This document shows positions 31,500 through 33,000 of a stretch of 33,000 nucleotides of DNA, piece by piece; the stretch's first letter is position 1; the number at the start of each line of letters is the position of its first letter. The notes under the pieces were generated by a model, which worked only from the letters and a program-made list of their open reading frames with translations, did no database searches and had not been told where the DNA came from. The translations under genes and the position numbers were made by a program. This DNA is from Octopus sinensis (lineage: Eukaryota), in contig NC_043005.1 of assembly GCF_006345805.1 (NCBI RefSeq), forward strand, positions 83,266,001 through 83,299,000, written 5' to 3'.

Positions 31500-32411
31500 G
31501 GTGTCCAATCAGAAATTGTTGATGCAACACTAAAGAGGTCTTTTCTTTGCAATCATGAGAATGTAGTGGAGATGACAACCAATCTAAGACTTCTTACAGA
31601 ATGTCATTCTGATGAAAGAGAGTTTGCTAAGTACCTTCTTGATGTAGGAAATGGTAACATTTCTGTTGAACAAAGCCTAGGTGAATTCAAAATCAAACTA
31701 TCCAATGACCTTTGCTTTGAAAGTGGTATTCTTTCAGATCTATGTGACTTTGTATAAGCTGACCTCAAAAATAACTTCACAAACCCTGTGCAGCTTGCAA
31801 ATAGAACCATCATTACTCTAACAAATGAAACAGCACAATTTGTAAATGAGTTTCTGTTGATCAGGATCCCTGGTGAGCTAAAAATATACAGAAGCTCAGA
31901 TACAGTTGATAATGAAACTCTGTACTCAATCGAGTTCATCAACAAACTTACACCATCAGGGTTTCCACCACACATTCTCAAACTGAAGGAAAATCAATGC
32001 ATAATGCTTCTGAGAAATTTAGATGCTACAAATGGACATTGCAATGGCACACACTACATCATTGTCAGTTTACATGATCATGTTATTGAGGCTGTGGTTG
32101 CTTCTGGTCCTTATGCAGGATCAACTCTGTTAATCCCAAGAATACCACATGTATCTCAAGAAATGGAATTTCCATTTACATTTACATGCAAACAATTTCC
32201 TGTCAAGCCAGCTTTTGCCTTGACATGCAACAAGACACAGACAGACTTTTGAACAAATTGGAATATATTTTCCGACACAATTCTTCTCTCAAGGTCAGCT
32301 GTATGTTGCATTATCTACAGTTTGAAAGAAAGCTAATGTAAAATTATTGGCTGAGAAAATGGAAACAGTATGATTACTGACAATTGTGTCTACAAGGAGA
32401 TACTACTTTAA
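31500..32411 (+). pseudogene. Helitron RepHel C-terminal PIF1-like (SF1B) helicase fragment
   Basis: IVDATLKRSFL..MTTNLR; FAKYLLDVGNG; PSGFPPHILKLK..IMLLRNLD..GHCNGT; LIPRI; QFPVKPAFALTCNKTQ/QTFEQIGI; FSQGQLYVALS; NCVYKEIL*. Stop at 31755-31757, frameshift near 32240, further stop and shift near the end. Confidence 0.92.
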
Positions 32412-33000
32412 AGCAAAATATGCTTTTTAGCAAGTTTCAGTAAATAGAATTAACACATAAGATATATGTATAGTAACAAATTTGTGTGGGATTAAATTGT
32501 TTTGGCATATTTCAATACATACCAAATGAATGATATTGTTATATTAGATCATTTTACATTTGGGTATATTTGAAAAAGTAAGGAAACGTCATTCCCATGT
32601 GTTCTCACAGCACCAGACTTTTGTGTGTGTATCCCTCCACCCCTCCATCATTCCATCTATCTATCTATCTATCTATCTATGCACACCTATGTAAGTTCTA
32701 CCAATTATTAATCTAAGTTCTACCAATTATTAATTATATTTATATATAATAGACTGACTCTTTAAAAAGAAAGATTATGACTGATAAAATAATGACAGCA
32801 ATATTTACTAACCGAGTAAGCACTGTTATACAAAGAAATAATTAGACGTAAAATATAAAATTTATTAGAATTGGAAATCAAGTGTGGAAATATCGAATGG
32901 CTAGCAGAAAACTGCTCAGAGGGCGGTCTTTCTGCTGGTGTCTTTCTAACGATAATGTTAATGTTACTCATGTTATTGCTGGCATCACTTATTTTAATTT

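Noticed and set aside
31604-31981. 125-aa minus-strand ORF
   Set aside because: Antisense shadow of the Helitron helicase frame.

Overview
AT-rich, repeat-dense eukaryotic DNA, very probably an octopus genome. This rests on my recognition of octopus-type tRNA-derived SINE families and the extreme microsatellite load; no search was run. I can support no intact host protein-coding gene, rRNA, tRNA gene or CRISPR array, so the window reads as intron or intergenic DNA. Nearly all supplied ORFs are microsatellite read-throughs or fragments/antisense shadows of decayed transposons. Recognisable elements are: two DD37D (maT-type) Tc1/mariner copies; DD34D mariner remnants and a mariner MITE; L1/Tx1-, RTE- and CR1/L2-type LINE fragments; two Penelope-like GIY-YIG remnants; a Helitron PIF1-like helicase fragment with Helitron-type termini; many SINEs (one young copy with a 16-bp TSD); and several foldback elements. 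The most striking signal is structured RNA. At 6160-6236 all hammerhead-ribozyme core segments and all three stems are present, but in a non-circularly permuted, pseudoknotted order. Further hammerhead-like motifs lie at 19288-19372 (-) and inside a foldback element at 12393-12425. All structures were folded by eye and are untested.
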